Assembly (NCBI RefSeq): GCF_006345805.1
Contig: NC_043016.1
Location: 14,012,001-14,076,000 of the forward strand
DNA from: Octopus sinensis
Taxonomy: Eukaryota
Length of the DNA: 64,000 nucleotides
Reading direction: 5' to 3'
Positions 39,344-52,329 of the stretch are shown piece after piece. Within the stretch, counting starts at the first letter, position 1. Each line of letters begins with the position of its first letter. The position numbers and the translations under genes were made by a program. The notes beneath the pieces are model-generated. The model saw nothing but the letters and a program-made list of their open reading frames with translations, did no database searches and had not been told where the DNA came from.

Positions 39344-39672
39344 AGGGAAAAATTCAATTTAGAAACACTAAATCAAATTTCCCAAAATATAATATATATA
39401 TATATTTATAAATTAGAAAAAAAACACCTTTTATCAATTCAACAATGAAAAAATTAAATTATACCATATAGAAAAAATTTAATATAAGATAAAAATATAT
39501 ACATTTTATTTATTATTTTGCACATTACTTAATCATTGGTATATGTTTTTATCTTATATTTAATTTTTTCATTGTTGAATTGATAAAAGGTTGTTTTTTT
39601 TCTAATTTAAATATATATATATTTATATTTTTGGGAAATTTGATTTAGTGTTTCTAAATTGAATTTTTCCCT
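39344..39672. repeat. AT-rich fold-back palindrome
   Basis: AGGGAAAAATTCAATTTAGAAACACTAAATCAAATTTCCC... is mirrored by ...GGGAAATTTGATTTAGTGTTTCTAAATTGAATTTTTCCCT; arms about 130-140 bp. Confidence 0.9.
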
Positions 39673-39694
39673 GTAAGTTTGGAATAATATTCCC

Positions 39695-39735
<41 letters not shown>

Positions 39736-39789
39736 GTTATTAGTTATTAAATATATATGATAACTCTCACACACAAAAAGAAAATAATT

Positions 39790-39848
<59 letters not shown>

Positions 39849-39989
39849 ATACACACACATTTGAAAAATTTACATCTTTTAGAACTTTCCACAGTATTTG
39901 AGGTGGTGCCCCCAGCATGGCCACAGTCCAAAGACTAAAACAAGTAAAATATAAAAGATATATAAGCACATACTATATACATACATACA

Positions 39990-40044
<55 letters not shown>

Positions 40045-40047
<3 letters not shown>

Positions 40048-41543
40048 GGTTGGACAAAATAATGGAAACACCTTAAAATTTCAAACAAATTAATTTTAAT
40101 ATGGGGTAGGACCACCTTTGGTAGTAATTACAGCTTGAATTCTATGAGCTATGGACTCATACAAAGTTTGAATTGTTTCCAAAAGAATTTTTGTCCATTC
40201 TTCAGCTAAAACAGTCTCCGGTTCTTGTAATTTTGATGGTAGAGGATATCGACTCCTCACTTGTTTTTCTAAAAGGCACCATAAATCATCATCATCATCA
40301 TCGTCGTTTTATGTTTGCTTTCCATGCTGGCATGGATTGGACGGTTTGACTGAGGGCTGGCAGGCCAGAAGGCTGCACCAGGCTCAAACTGATCTGGCAG
40401 AGTTTCTACAGGTGGATGCCCTTCCTAACACCAACCACTACAAGAGTGTAGTGGGTGCTTTTATGTGCGAATGGTACTTTTTACATGCCACCGGCACAGG
40501 AGCCAATCCATGGCCCTGGCAACAATCACACTTGGATGTGGTTCAATAATATTGAGATCTGGGGACTGTGGTGACCAGATAAGATGTTCAACTTCACTAG
40601 AATGTTCCTTGTGCCATTCAGTAACAACTTTAGCTGTGTGAATTGGTGCATTATCATCCTGAAAGACTGTTTCCCTCTGGAAACCGCTCTGCAACCATAG
40701 GATGAATTTGATCAGATAAAATACTTAAATAATCTGGACTATTAATTCTGCCATGAAGGGAAACGATTGAGTTGGCAGATTTTCAAGATACAGTCCCCCC
40801 CCCCCCAGATCATTACAGATCCCCCTCCATGTTTAACAGTTGGAAGAAGGCAGTCTGGGTTAAATGCATCTTTTTGCTGTCTCCACACTTATACCCGGTC
40901 GGAAATAAGGTAAAGGATGACTCGTCCAAGAAAAATACATTCTTTCACTGCTCTAGGGACCAATTCTGTAGGTTTTTGCTCCACTCTAAATGCTTTGCAA
41001 CATTTGTTTTTGAAAGTAGTGGTTTTCTGATTGCAGCCCACCTGTGAAATCTGGCTTTGTGCAGCTCCCGATGAACAGTTTTTGTGGAAACAAGGTTCTC
41101 GGGGTAGTCATTAAGCTCTGCAGTAATTTTGGGAGCTGTACTTTTGTGATCCTTTCTAACAATTTGTATAAGAGTCCAACAGCTCCTATCTGAAAGTTTT
41201 GGTTTTCTTCCAGAGTTTTGTTTTGACGAGGAATTTTTCCCTCTTTCTCTCTCATTACTTTCGAGACAGTACTTCTTGATACACCAAACATTTTGATGTT
41301 TTCATTATGCTAGCGCCTACCATACAAGTACCAACAATTTCACCTCTTTGAAAGTCTGATAGATCCGTCATTTTAATGAATTTTAATTACCTTTTTCTGA
41401 TGATATCTGAAAAGAAACAGCAATTTTAGCAAAATAAATTAAGCAACACTAATAATAAATCAAAAAGCAAAAACAAACAAGCTTTATAGATACTTCAAAA
41501 TTATGATGCTATGATGCTAGGTGTTTCCATTATTTTGTCCAAC
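40045..41543 (-). mobile_element. Decayed Tc1-family transposon
   Basis: 25-bp perfect TIR match GTTGGACAAAATAATGGAAACACCT; transposase from ATG 41371 (MTDLSDFQRGEIVG...FGVSRSTVSKVM...FQDDNAPIH...WSPQSPDLNIIE); inserted in (TA)n. Confidence 0.92.
40286..40540 (-). mobile_element. RTE 3' UTR copy nested in the Tc1 transposase
   Basis: Splits the SPDLNIIEP / LWCLLEKQV motif of the Tc1. Confidence 0.85.
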
Positions 41544-41599
41544 ATATATATCATACATATACCTACATACATATATATATATAATATATGCACGTGAAA

Positions 41600-41881
41600 A
41601 AACATTCGAGCGAGGTCGTTGCCAGTGCTCCTGTGCAGTTGGCACATAAAAAATACCATTTGAGCATGGCCGTTGCCAGTACCGCCTGACTGGCCCTTGT
41701 GCCGGTGGTACGTAAAAGCACCCACTACACTCTTGGAGTGGTTGGCGTTAGGAAGGGCATCCAGCTGTAGAAACTCTGCCAGATCAAGATTGGAGCCTGG
41801 TGCAGCCATCTGGTTCGCCAGTCCTCAGTCAAATCGTCCAACCCATGCCAGCATGGAAAGTGGACGTTAAACGATGGTGAT

Positions 41882-41885
<4 letters not shown>
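41600..41885 (+). mobile_element. RTE 3' UTR copy
   Basis: GTGGCACATAAAA...GGTTGGCGTTAGGAAGGGCATCCAGC...GGACGTTAAACGATGGTGATG. Confidence 0.85.
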
Positions 41886-41919
<34 letters not shown>

Positions 41920-42174
41920 TGTAAAGTTAATAAAAGAAAATGGAGGATAAAAAATATAGTGGATACTTTGTTACGATTTTTTGTATCACAATGAAAAATA
42001 CATAAAAGACTCAGGATGTAAAATTAATATAGACAGCAGTTTGCAATGTTTTACCAAAAAGGAAGACTTTAATTGTTACTAAATGTGACTAAGGTATTAG
42101 AAACACCTGCATTGCTAGAAAGAAGAGCTAAAAAGCTCTGATGCTGTAGTTAAAGTACATAATTGTTTACTTAT

Positions 42175-42578
42175 AGGCGCAGGAGTGGCTGTGTGGTAAG
42201 TAGCTTGTTTACCAACCACATGGTTCCGGGTTCAGTCCCACTGCGTGGCATCTTGGGCAAGTGTCTTCTACTATAGCCTCGGGCCGACCAAAGCCTTGTG
42301 AGTCGATTTGGTAGACCGAAACTGAAAGAAGCCCATCGTATATATGTAATATATATATATATATATATATGCGTTTGTGTGTCTGTGTTTGTCCCCCTAG
42401 CATTGCTTGACAACCGATGCTGGTGTGTTTATGTCTCCGTTACTTAGCAGTTCGGCAAAAGAGACTGATAGAATAATAAGTACTGGGCTTACAAAAGAAT
42501 AAGTCCCGGGGTCGAGTTGCTCGATTAAAGGCAGTGCTCCAGCATGGCCGCAGTCAAATGACTGAAACAAGTAAAAAG
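42175..42578 (+). mobile_element. SINE family A, full length
   Basis: AGGCGCAGGAGTGGCTGTGTGG head through CAGTCAAATGACTGAAACAAGTAAAAAG tail. Confidence 0.92.
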
Positions 42579-42771
42579 TATGTACTGACAGGAACCGTAA
42601 TAGCTTGAAAGCAGCGTCCAAATTAGCTAGTTAGAAAATTTCTATTCGACATGACAGCAGTAACTAACAAACAGTTATGCTGAAGTGGTGACAAGCATTA
42701 CTCAGTATAGTCAGAGATTTTCTTCTTAACGAGCTAATTTGCTTGTTGCAAGACCAGCGACTGGTTGCCAC

Positions 42772-42904
<133 letters not shown>

Positions 42905-43180
42905 TATTGCAAGCTGGAGTGAACTACAGCTGTCTCCAGCACAAATAGCTCAAACCCATACAGTCTGGTGGTTCTGTCATTAGATGATGGTTGGGGTTCA
43001 CTGCCTTGCTTGCAATATAATCAACGAAGATTGCATCGAGTAACCAGCTGGAGGAGGTATCCTCCTAGGGTTAAAATGGTAGTATTGTCGGTTTCTACGG
43101 AACAGCCATATAGAAGTGGCAATCAGCATTACTTCTCTCCCCCTCCCTCTCTCTCTTTCTATATATACATTTACATATAC

Positions 43181-43230
<50 letters not shown>

Positions 43231-43238
43231 TATATATA

Positions 43239-44467
43239 TGAGGTGTAGTCAAAAAGTATCCAACCTTGATTTTTTTTCACAAAATGATAATGCCTGAGCA
43301 TAATCCGCATGGGTATTAGGTGGCCGTGTCCTTCCTGAGCATGTGCAAAAGTTTTCGTGTCTGTAGGTTGCACCATTCATCCACAGTGACGTGTTCAGTA
43401 CAGATGTAAAGAGTGTGCTGTGTGATTTTTCTTTTTGGGTCAAGATGACTGCGGGCATTGAGCAAAGATACTGTATCAAATCCTGCCAAAAACTTGGTGA
43501 TACACAAGCCAAGATTATTGAGAAAAATCAGAAGACCCTTGGAGATGATGCTATGGGAAAAAAACAAATAAAGGAGTGGTTCAAAGATGGCCCCACCTCA
43601 GTGGACAGTGAGCCATGTTGTGGCAGACCATCGGCTAGCAGAAATGGCAAAATGGTTGCAAAGTTTCGAGATTGTTGCCAAAGTTAGAATCAGCCATGGA
43701 TCTGTTTAGTCAATTATAACAGAAGATTTGTACATGAGGAGGGTGTCGGTCAAGTTCATACCAAAGTTGCTGTCTGACCAGCGGGAAGAAAGCAGAAAGG
43801 AAATCTCCCAGGATATGCAGGAGTGTGCTAGCCAAGATCAAAACTTTATGAACTGGCGATGAGATGTGGGTATATGGCTATGACCCTGGAACAAAACTGC
43901 AACTATCCCAATGGAAGCATCCATCCTTGCAAAGATCAAAGAAAGCAAGACAGGTGTGCAGCAATATTAAACTGATGATGACTACAGAAGTATTGTGCAC
44001 CATAAGGTCAGACAATTAACAAAGAATACTACCTGGATGTTCTCTGTTGCCTTCATGAAGCTGTGCAGCAAAAATGGCCCAACCTGTTGGCAGCAAAGAA
44101 CTGACAACTCCATCATGACAATGCACCTGCTCATTCTGCCCACATCATCCAAGCAAAACACACCACTTGTATGTCAGGTTTGCTACTCCCCAGACTTGGC
44201 TCCATGTGACTTTTGGATATTCTCAAAGCTCAAAAAGATACTCAAAGGGAGAAGATTTGAGTCAACAGAGGACATTAAGCAAAATCTGACAGCACAGCTC
44301 TACAGCATCTGGAAAATTGATTTCCAGAAATGTTTCCAGCAGTAGCAGGAATGCTGGCAGAAATGTGTAGACTCACAAGGCTTTGGAGGAGACTAAATCA
44401 ATTTGGTGATTTTTTTAATATTACTTGTTTTTTGACCAAAGGTCAGCTACTTTTTGACTATACATCA
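43239..44467 (+). mobile_element. Full-length decayed mariner transposon
   Basis: TIRs match at 26 of 31 nt including the TA TSD; fragments EQRYCIK...GRP, TGDEMWVYGYDP, LHHDNAPAH and YSPDLAPCDF. Confidence 0.93.
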
Positions 44468-44605
44468 TAAGCAATAATTATAACGAGAGAGCTGCCAACC
44501 ACTCCAAGAGTGTAATTGGTATTTTTAAGTGCCACTAGCATTGGTGCCATTTACATGACACTGGCAACAGCCATGACTATGATTTCACAGCTGCCATTTA
44601 CATAT

Positions 44606-44638
<33 letters not shown>

Positions 44639-44645
44639 ATATAAC

Positions 44646-45624
44646 AAATATTATTAAGCAAGAAAAAGGAGAGATTTAATGAATAAAATTAATTTAATAA
44701 TTAATTAATATTGCCTACAATTGTGTCTATTTGCAGTCAATTGAAGATTTTGGGTGGAATATCGGGTTGAGACATTTTAACAGATTGAGTAGATGAGAGG
44801 ATGTTTAGTTATTTGCATGTGTGTGTGTGAATTAATATTTTTCTTAAAATGTATAAAAGTATTAAAATATGTAATATGCGCATGTAAAAATACAAATACA
44901 AATAAAATAAAATATGTAAAAGTAAATAATATTATCTTTTATTTACTATTTAATAACATACACATATTTAATACATACGCACACACACACACATACAAAT
45001 TAACATATGCAATTAACATCTATTTGTAACAGTTTTATTTTTAGTTGAATTTTTACTTTATTTTATTTATATTTAATTTTATTTTTACTTCTATTTTTAT
45101 TTTTATTCATTTATTATTATATTTATTATTTTTTCATCTAACCCACATATATTTTTATTTATATTATATATATTTTTCATCTTATCCTTATTTTTTTATT
45201 TTATTTCATTTATTTCCATATTAATTTTTATTTATTTTATTATATTTATTACCTTTTATTATTTTATTTATGTCTGTATAACTTACCATACTCTGAATAT
45301 TTTTTATCTTTATTTTTATAAGTTTTATTAATATTTATAATTTTTATTTTATTTTTATATGAGCATATTACATATTTTAATACTTTTATACATTTTATTT
45401 TATATCTCAAGAAAAATATTAACACCCACACACACCCACATCCTCTCATCTACTAACTCTTTTAAAACGTCTCAACTGGTCAACATGTAATTTCCTTAAC
45501 ATCCTTTCGCCCTGATGATATTCCACTCAAAATCTTCAACTGAGTGTGAATTGAAACAACTGTAATTAATAAATTAATTTTATTCATTAAATCTCTACCT
45601 TTTTTTGCTTAGATATTAGATATT
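44646..45624. repeat. Large AT-rich fold-back element with a hammerhead-like motif
   Basis: Mirror-image ORFs 44793..45029 (+) and 45264..45449 (-); CUGAUGA-stem-GAAA at 45512-45556. Confidence 0.85.
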
Positions 45625-45726
45625 TATAATATATTTATTGAAGAGGTATCTCTTCACAGTATAATATATTAAACCATGTAACTAGAATGGAATCATCTCT
45701 ATAGGATTTATATCCTCAAATTGACA

Positions 45727-45763
<37 letters not shown>

Positions 45764-45936
45764 TATATATATATATATACATACACACATATATACATAT
45801 ATATATGTATGTATTATATATATAGTATATGTATGTATATATATATATATATATATGTATTAGATATATATATATAATATATATAGTATATATATATATA
45901 TATTGATGTATGTATGTATATATCTATCTATATATC

Positions 45937-45968
<32 letters not shown>

Positions 45969-46021
45969 ATATATATATATTTATATATATATATATCTAT
46001 ATATATATATATATATAATAT

Positions 46022-47210
46022 ATGGCATAGGTAGTAACTCTATAAAATATACCCAGTGTAAGCTATGGACACATGAGAGGGTGCAGCAATATCAAAGGAA
46101 GGCTAACTGGGAAGATAGTTTTTGTATGTGGCAGATGCTCAGGAGGAATAAGCACTGAAAATGTGCAGAGAACAACTTCCATCACATTCTAGGGGGGAAA
46201 ACTAGAAGTAGTTGATAGCTTCCGTTACCTAGGTGACCAAGTCAGTAGCAGGTTGAATGCTCTGATAGTGTAGCTGCTAGAATAAGAATAGCTTGGGCAA
46301 AGTTCAGAGAGCTCTTACCTCTGCTTGTGACAAAGGGCCTCTTGCTCAGAGTAAAAGGTAGACTGTATGACTCATATGTACAAACAGCCATGCTACATGG
46401 CAGTGAAACATGGGCTGTGACTGCTGAGGACATGTGTAAGCTTGCAAGGAATGAAGCCAGTATGCTCCACTGGATGTGTAATGTCAATATATATACTCGA
46501 CAGAGTGTAAGCGCCCTGAGAGAAAAGTTGGATTTAAGAAGCATCAGATGTGGTGTGCAAGAGAGACGACTGTGCTGGTATGGTCATGTGGCATGAATGA
46601 ATGAGGATAGCTGTGAGGAAAAGTGTTACACCCTAGCAGTTGAGGGAACCTGTGGAAGAGGTGTAAACCCAGGAAGACCTGGTATGAGGTGGTGAAGCAT
46701 GATCTTTGAACATTAGGTCTCACTGAGGCAATGACAAGTGCCTGAAGCCTTTGGAGATATGCTGTACTTGAGAAGAGCTAGCAAGCCAATTGAAACCATA
46801 GCCATAGCCTATGCCGGTGCTGTATATCCAGCCCATGTAAGAGTACCCTTCAATCATAGGACAATAAACTATGCTTGCAAAGACCTGTTGAGGTAAGTGA
46901 ATTCATTGTCGTGGCTGATGACAGTACCACTTGATTGGCATTCATGCCAGTAGAACGTTGAAAGCACCATGTGAGTGTGATCGTTGCCAGAGCCGCTGAC
47001 TGGCTCCCTTGCCAGTAGCATGTAAAAAGCACCATTAGAGTATGATTGTTGCCAGCGTTGCCTGAGTGGCACATAAAAACATCATTCGAATATGGCTGTT
47101 GCCAGTGCTGCTGGACTGGCTCCTGTGCAGCTGGCACATAAAAAGTACCATTTGAGTGTGGCCAATGACATTACTGCCTGTGGCACATAAAAGCAATCAC
47201 TACATAGTGG
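46022..47210 (+). mobile_element. 5'-truncated RTE LINE with 3' UTR
   Basis: FRYLGD and AMLHGSETWAVTAED motifs; ORF 46327..46596. Confidence 0.88.
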
Positions 47211-47289
47211 TTGGTGTTATATATATATATATATAATATATATATATATATATTATTATATAATATAGATAGATATGTATACATACATA

Positions 47290-47992
47290 CAGTAGTGGTG
47301 TTCATATATAGGAACTGTGGAACTGCAGCACCCCCTATTTCCACTCGATATTGTTGATAACATTTAATATAATGAGTCCTTTTTTCTTTAATTCATTCTT
47401 TATACTTGTACATTAAATAATCCTTAAACTTAATGTCTGTAGCCATCCCCTAGTTTATGAAAAAATACAGAAATCCTTGTATAGAACTGTGCGTTTCACA
47501 GCTCCAGTGATGCGGTGTTTGGCTATTGTGTGCATGATCACATGTCCGAGATAGGAAGCTTCATACTAGGGAGAGAGAACACTGTGGTTCACACAGTCTC
47601 GAGTGAAAGGTAGTGCTTCTTTTTCACTTTGCGTGTGTTGTGCTTAAAAACATGTTTATATTTTTGAATGTGATAAAGTGTAGAATTAGATTATTATTCT
47701 GCTTCCAGATACAATATTGCTGTCAGAATTTGAAAAATAGGGCAGATTTCACACACCCCACTCCTTATTTTGTGATTTAGGGGCTATTTTTGAAAAACAA
47801 AGAGGAATTTACGGCAGTGTTCAGCGAACAAATTAAACATACTCCCTGGCAGAGACTAAAACGTGAACTGATCAAGTTTATGTATAAATTTTCGTTTTAT
47901 ACATTGGTTTCCTTTTACATAATATTAAAACAAGGGTTAAAAATTTTCTGAAGCAGCACCACCACTAATTTTATCTTCGAGTGCCTCCACTG
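47290..47992. mobile_element. Non-autonomous hAT-like element (703 bp)
   Basis: Degenerate TIRs CAGTAGTGGTGTTC / CAGTGGAGGCACTC; 8-bp flanking duplication CATACATA, although inside a microsatellite. Confidence 0.6.
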
Positions 47993-48049
47993 CATACATA
48001 CACACACACACACACACATTCTTGTATGTAAACAACAGCAATTGTACAT

Positions 48050-48700
48050 GGGAGCAAGACATGGGCCCTGAATGCAGAGGACATGAGAAGGCAAGGGAGA
48101 AATGGAGCTAGTATGTCCCACTGGATGTGTAATGTAAGTGTACATGTTCAACAGACTGATAGTGTATTGAGAGAGAAGTTAAGTATAAGAGGAATTAGAT
48201 GCTGTGTGCAAGAGAGAAAACTGTGCTGGTTCGGTCATGTGATGCAGATGGATGCTGACCGGTTCATAAATAAGTGCTAATCTCTCAAAATGGGTGGAAC
48301 ATGTAGAAGAAGAAAACATGGGACAAAGTAATGAAGGATAACCTCAAGATGCTGAAGCTTTCAGACAAGATGATGAAAGCCTGAGGAAGACCTGTGCTCC
48401 ACAGCAGAAGTGTTAAGGCTGGTTCCTCTGATGAGGAGGATTGGCCTGCAAGAGTCCTATGCTGGTGCCAAGAAAAAAAGTGCTTGTGCCCATGCCATGT
48501 AAAAGCACTTTTGCTGGTGCCACATCATAAGCACCCAGCATACACTGTAAAGTGCTTAGCATTAGGAAGGGCATCCAGCCGTAGAAACCAGGTCACATCA
48601 GATTGAAACCTGGTGCAGCTCTCCAGCTTACCAGTTCCAGTTAAGTTGTCTAACCCATGCCAGCATGGAAAATGGACATTAAGTGATGATGATGATGAAG
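48050..48700 (+). mobile_element. Decayed RTE C-terminus and 3' UTR
   Basis: ORF 48083..48280 (SMSHWMCNVSV...QERKLCWFGHV); GATGAT tail. Confidence 0.75.
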
Positions 48701-48784
48701 ATTATATATTATATATATATATATATATATATGGAAAAAAAGTCAAGATAGAAAATGCTAAAACAATTTTATAAAAAAACATTT

Positions 48785-48821
48785 CAGTACCGGTTTCAGT
48801 CATTGAGACTTTTTCAACTTT
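48785..48821 (-). ncRNA. Degenerate minimal hammerhead-like motif
   Basis: UUGAAAA-AGUC(UCAAU)GACU-GAAA-CCGG-UA-CUG: perfect stem II, palindromic ACCGGU, GUA triplet, two core mismatches. Confidence 0.45.
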
Positions 48822-48967
48822 AAGTATGGAAAACAATTAAATTTGGAAAAGTTAAAAGAAAAGTTTTTTAAAAGAATATTTGCACAGTGTTCAAATACAA
48901 GTGGCATTTTACTTGTTTCTGCCTGTCTCTGTCTCTCTTGTCTTTGTTACTCTTGTGGGTTCGAGGT

Positions 48968-49090
48968 AGGAAAGAAGAAGAAGAAGAAGAAGAAGAAGAG
49001 AAGAAGCAAGAAGAAGAAGAAGAAGAAGAAAAGAAGAAGAAGAAGAAGAAGAAGAGAAGAAGAGAAGAAGAAGAAGAAGAAGAAGAAGAA
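48968..49090 (+). repeat. (GAA)n microsatellite
   Basis: Seen directly; source of the poly-K/E/S ORFs. Confidence 0.95.
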
Positions 49091-49207
49091 TGTGGGAGTA
49101 CCATGACAGTCGTATGGTCAGACCCGAAAATGTGGAGGGTAGTAGTAACTGTTCAATTCATTCATGAAACATCTCTTTTGAATGTTTTGTTTATAAAATT
49201 TGCATAG

Positions 49208-50420
49208 GTGTTATCCATCCATGTGGGATACAGCCTAGTTACTTGCATAGTTAATCAGGTTATTCAGGAAGATGTCATCTCCAGAGACTGGAGTATTATA
49301 GTGAGCTGCTGCAAGGATAAATGTGATGGCTTAGATAGAAACAACTTCAGAGGTATCAAACTGCTAGACCAAGTCAGGAAAATTACTGAAAGGGTTATTA
49401 TAGCAAAATTGATTAGAAATAGAATTAAACTAGACAAGATGCAGTTTGGTTTTGTACCTGGGAAGAGATGCCATCTTCTTAGTGAGACAGCTGCAGGAAA
49501 AAGTAGGTCATTGTACTTAGCTTTCTTCAACCTGGAGAAAGCTTTCGACAGAGCCATCACTCTGGTGGTCTCTGAGGAAGTTAGGAGGAGAGGAGTGACT
49601 TTTTAGAACTGTACAAGTGATGTACAGTGGTGCTGTCAGTAAGGTGAGACTTGGCTACGAATACAGTGATGAATTTAGTGTACAAGTAGGGGTTCACCAA
49701 GGTTCAGTTCTCATCCCACTCTTATTCATTATAGTCCTCCAGACCATAGCAGAGGAATTCAAAACTTGATGCCCGTGGGAACTGCTTTATGCTGATGACC
49801 TCACTTTTATTGCAAAATCTGTAGAAGAAATTCCAGGTGTGAAAGCAAAAGAGCCTTAAAGTTGACCTAGCAAAGACCAAAGGGCCTTGAAGTTAACCTA
49901 GCAAACACCAAATTTGTTGTTAAATGACCCTGCTCAATATGTGGGCAAGGAGTTGGAAGTAATTTTACTCACTGCAGCCATTGTTAGCTATGGACACATA
50001 TGAGGTGCAGTGGAATCACAGGTAGATTATTAGATAAAGTAGTCGTCATATGTGGCAGATGTGCAGGAACAATAAGCACTTCTCTCAAATGCCCACGAGG
50101 CTCTCTTGAGGTTGTAGATAGTTTCTGTTACCTAAGTGACCAAATTAGCAATGGTGGAGGATGGTTTGAAAGCATTATTTCTAGAATAAGAATTCAGGGA
50201 ACTATTAGCTCTGTTGGTGTCAAAATGACTCTCTCTCAGAATGAAAGGTAGACTATCTGATGCTTTTGTGCAAACAGTTATACTCCATTGTAGTGAGGCA
50301 TGGGCTCTGAATGCAGAAGACAGGCATAGACTGGATGATAAATGAAGACAATATATTCCACTGGATGTGCAACATCAGTGTGTGTGTGTGGGGGGGGGAG
50401 ACAGCAAGAGTGCAGGAGAG
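49208..50420 (+). mobile_element. Decayed RTE LINE, RT region
   Basis: NFRGIKLL, QFGFVPG, LEKAFD, HQGSVL, LYADD and FCYLSD. Confidence 0.85.
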
Positions 50421-50428
50421 AGTGGTGG

Positions 50429-51170
50429 TCATGGTAGTGATGGTCTCCCTCCATTACTTTGGTGTGCACAGAAAGCATTGAAGTGGTTTGTATCACCACA
50501 TAAGTGACACCCCAGCTTTTTGCTTTCAATGGCTTCATGTAATTTTGTACCTTCTGTTAGATCAATCAGGTCCATAGCAACTTCCATACTATGGTGATGT
50601 GTCTGGATCAGTTGCTCTATCTGCTTGTCTGACCAATTTTGTTTCTGCAACCTCTGAACTTGCAGAATAGTGATTTCCTCCAATCACCTGTTGATTTCTG
50701 GAGACACATTGACTATTTTTATTTTAAACACCCAACAGTGAAGGTAAATTGATATAAGGGTGGTTGTGGAGTGTTTTCTGACCTCATGCTGAGTAGTTAA
50801 TCTCACCTCTACTGTTCTGAACTTCTCTCTGGCTATTCATGTTTCTGTTCCTGAGTAGTCTGAGGTATTTTTCAATCTCTTGGTGTGTTTCCTGTTCTAA
50901 TTTTTTGCCTTTTGTTGCTTTAGTTTTATATATGACTGTTCTATGTATTGATTTGATGTTGGATGGATCTTGGGGTGTTGAGTGCCATGCTTAGGTCACT
51001 TTTCCCCAATATAATTTTCAAATTTTTTAGGTCTTTTAAATCAATAAAAACCTCTTTGTTCATTCGACACATCCCATCAGTAAAACTGCTAACACTAGAT
51101 TTGCAAGTTTTGTTTTTTTGTATTAGTGTGAATGGTGTTGGTTGTGGTGGAGGTGGAGTTTGAACTCTGT
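50429..51170 (-). mobile_element. gag-like relic with CCHC zinc knuckle
   Basis: ORF 50429..50683 contains CHLCGDTNHFNAFC (CX2CX4HX4C) at 50468-50509; upstream frames are interrupted. Confidence 0.55.
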
Positions 51171-51465
51171 AAAGTGTAATATTGAGAGGATCCTTTCATT
51201 TTGTCAAGAACATGATACCTCCTTAATGACGGTGCAATAAGAAAAAAAAAAAGCATGCACACTGTGCAGTCTGTAAAATGCTTGAAACAGCTTACTTAGG
51301 TCACCACTTTAGAATTACGACCCATATGTATTACAATGAAAGGCAAAGGCCAGCAATAAGAAATTAACCATGTCTCTATAAAAGGTATGAATACTTTTAT
51401 GAATGTGGTTTGACCAATGTGATTAGCTGGTGTGTAGCCATGTAGCAGTAGACATAAAAAGTAGG

Positions 51466-51880
51466 CTCTCTCTTTTACTCTCTTTACTTGTTTCAGTCAT
51501 TTGACTGCGGCCATGCTGGAGCACCGCCTTTAGTCGAGCAAATCGACCCCGGGACTTATTCTTTGTAAGCCCAGTACTTATTCTATCAGTCTCTTTTGCC
51601 GAACCGCTAAGTTACGGGGACATAAACACACCAGTATCGGTTGTCAAGCAATGCTAGGGGGACAAACACAGACACACAAACATATACACACACACTTATA
51701 TATATACACATATATACGACAGGCTTCTTTCAGTTTCCGTCTACCAAATCCACTCACAAGGCATTGGTCGGCCCGGGGCTATAGCAGAAGACACTTGCAC
51801 AAGATGCCACGCAGTGGGAGTGAACCCGGAACCATGTGGTTGGTTAGCAAGCTACTTACCACACAGCCACTCCTGCGCCT
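51466..51880 (-). mobile_element. SINE family A
   Basis: Same as the other family A copies. Confidence 0.9.
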
Positions 51881-52329
51881 CCATCAAATTTCTCCATCAA
51901 ATACTTCTAGAAGTTTAACTAAATGTTATAAAAAGTTGGGATATTGAACTCCCAAACAGAACAACCTCATGTGCTGCACAAAACTCTGTTGGTCAGTTTT
52001 GTGATTTGATGTTCTCAGTTTTTCTACTTATTCTGTCTTTAATAACAATGAACAATTTTTGTATAAATAGCCAAAGTATTTTATGCAACGAAGAGTTTTA
52101 ACTATCACATTCATGCATGATCTTGTATTCAAATAATTATTGTACATATCATCATCATCATCATCATCGTTTAACGTCCGTTTTCCGTGCTAGCACGGGT
52201 TGGACAGTTCGACCGGGGTCTGGGAAGCCAGGGGCTGCACCAGGCTCCAGTCTGATCTGGCAGAGTTTCTACAGCTGGATGCCCTTCATAACGCCAACCA
52301 CTCCGTGAGTGTAGTATGTGAATGCAAAT

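Noticed and set aside
48843-49207. Poly-Lys, poly-Glu and poly-Ser ORFs
   Set aside because: Arise from the (GAA)n microsatellite.
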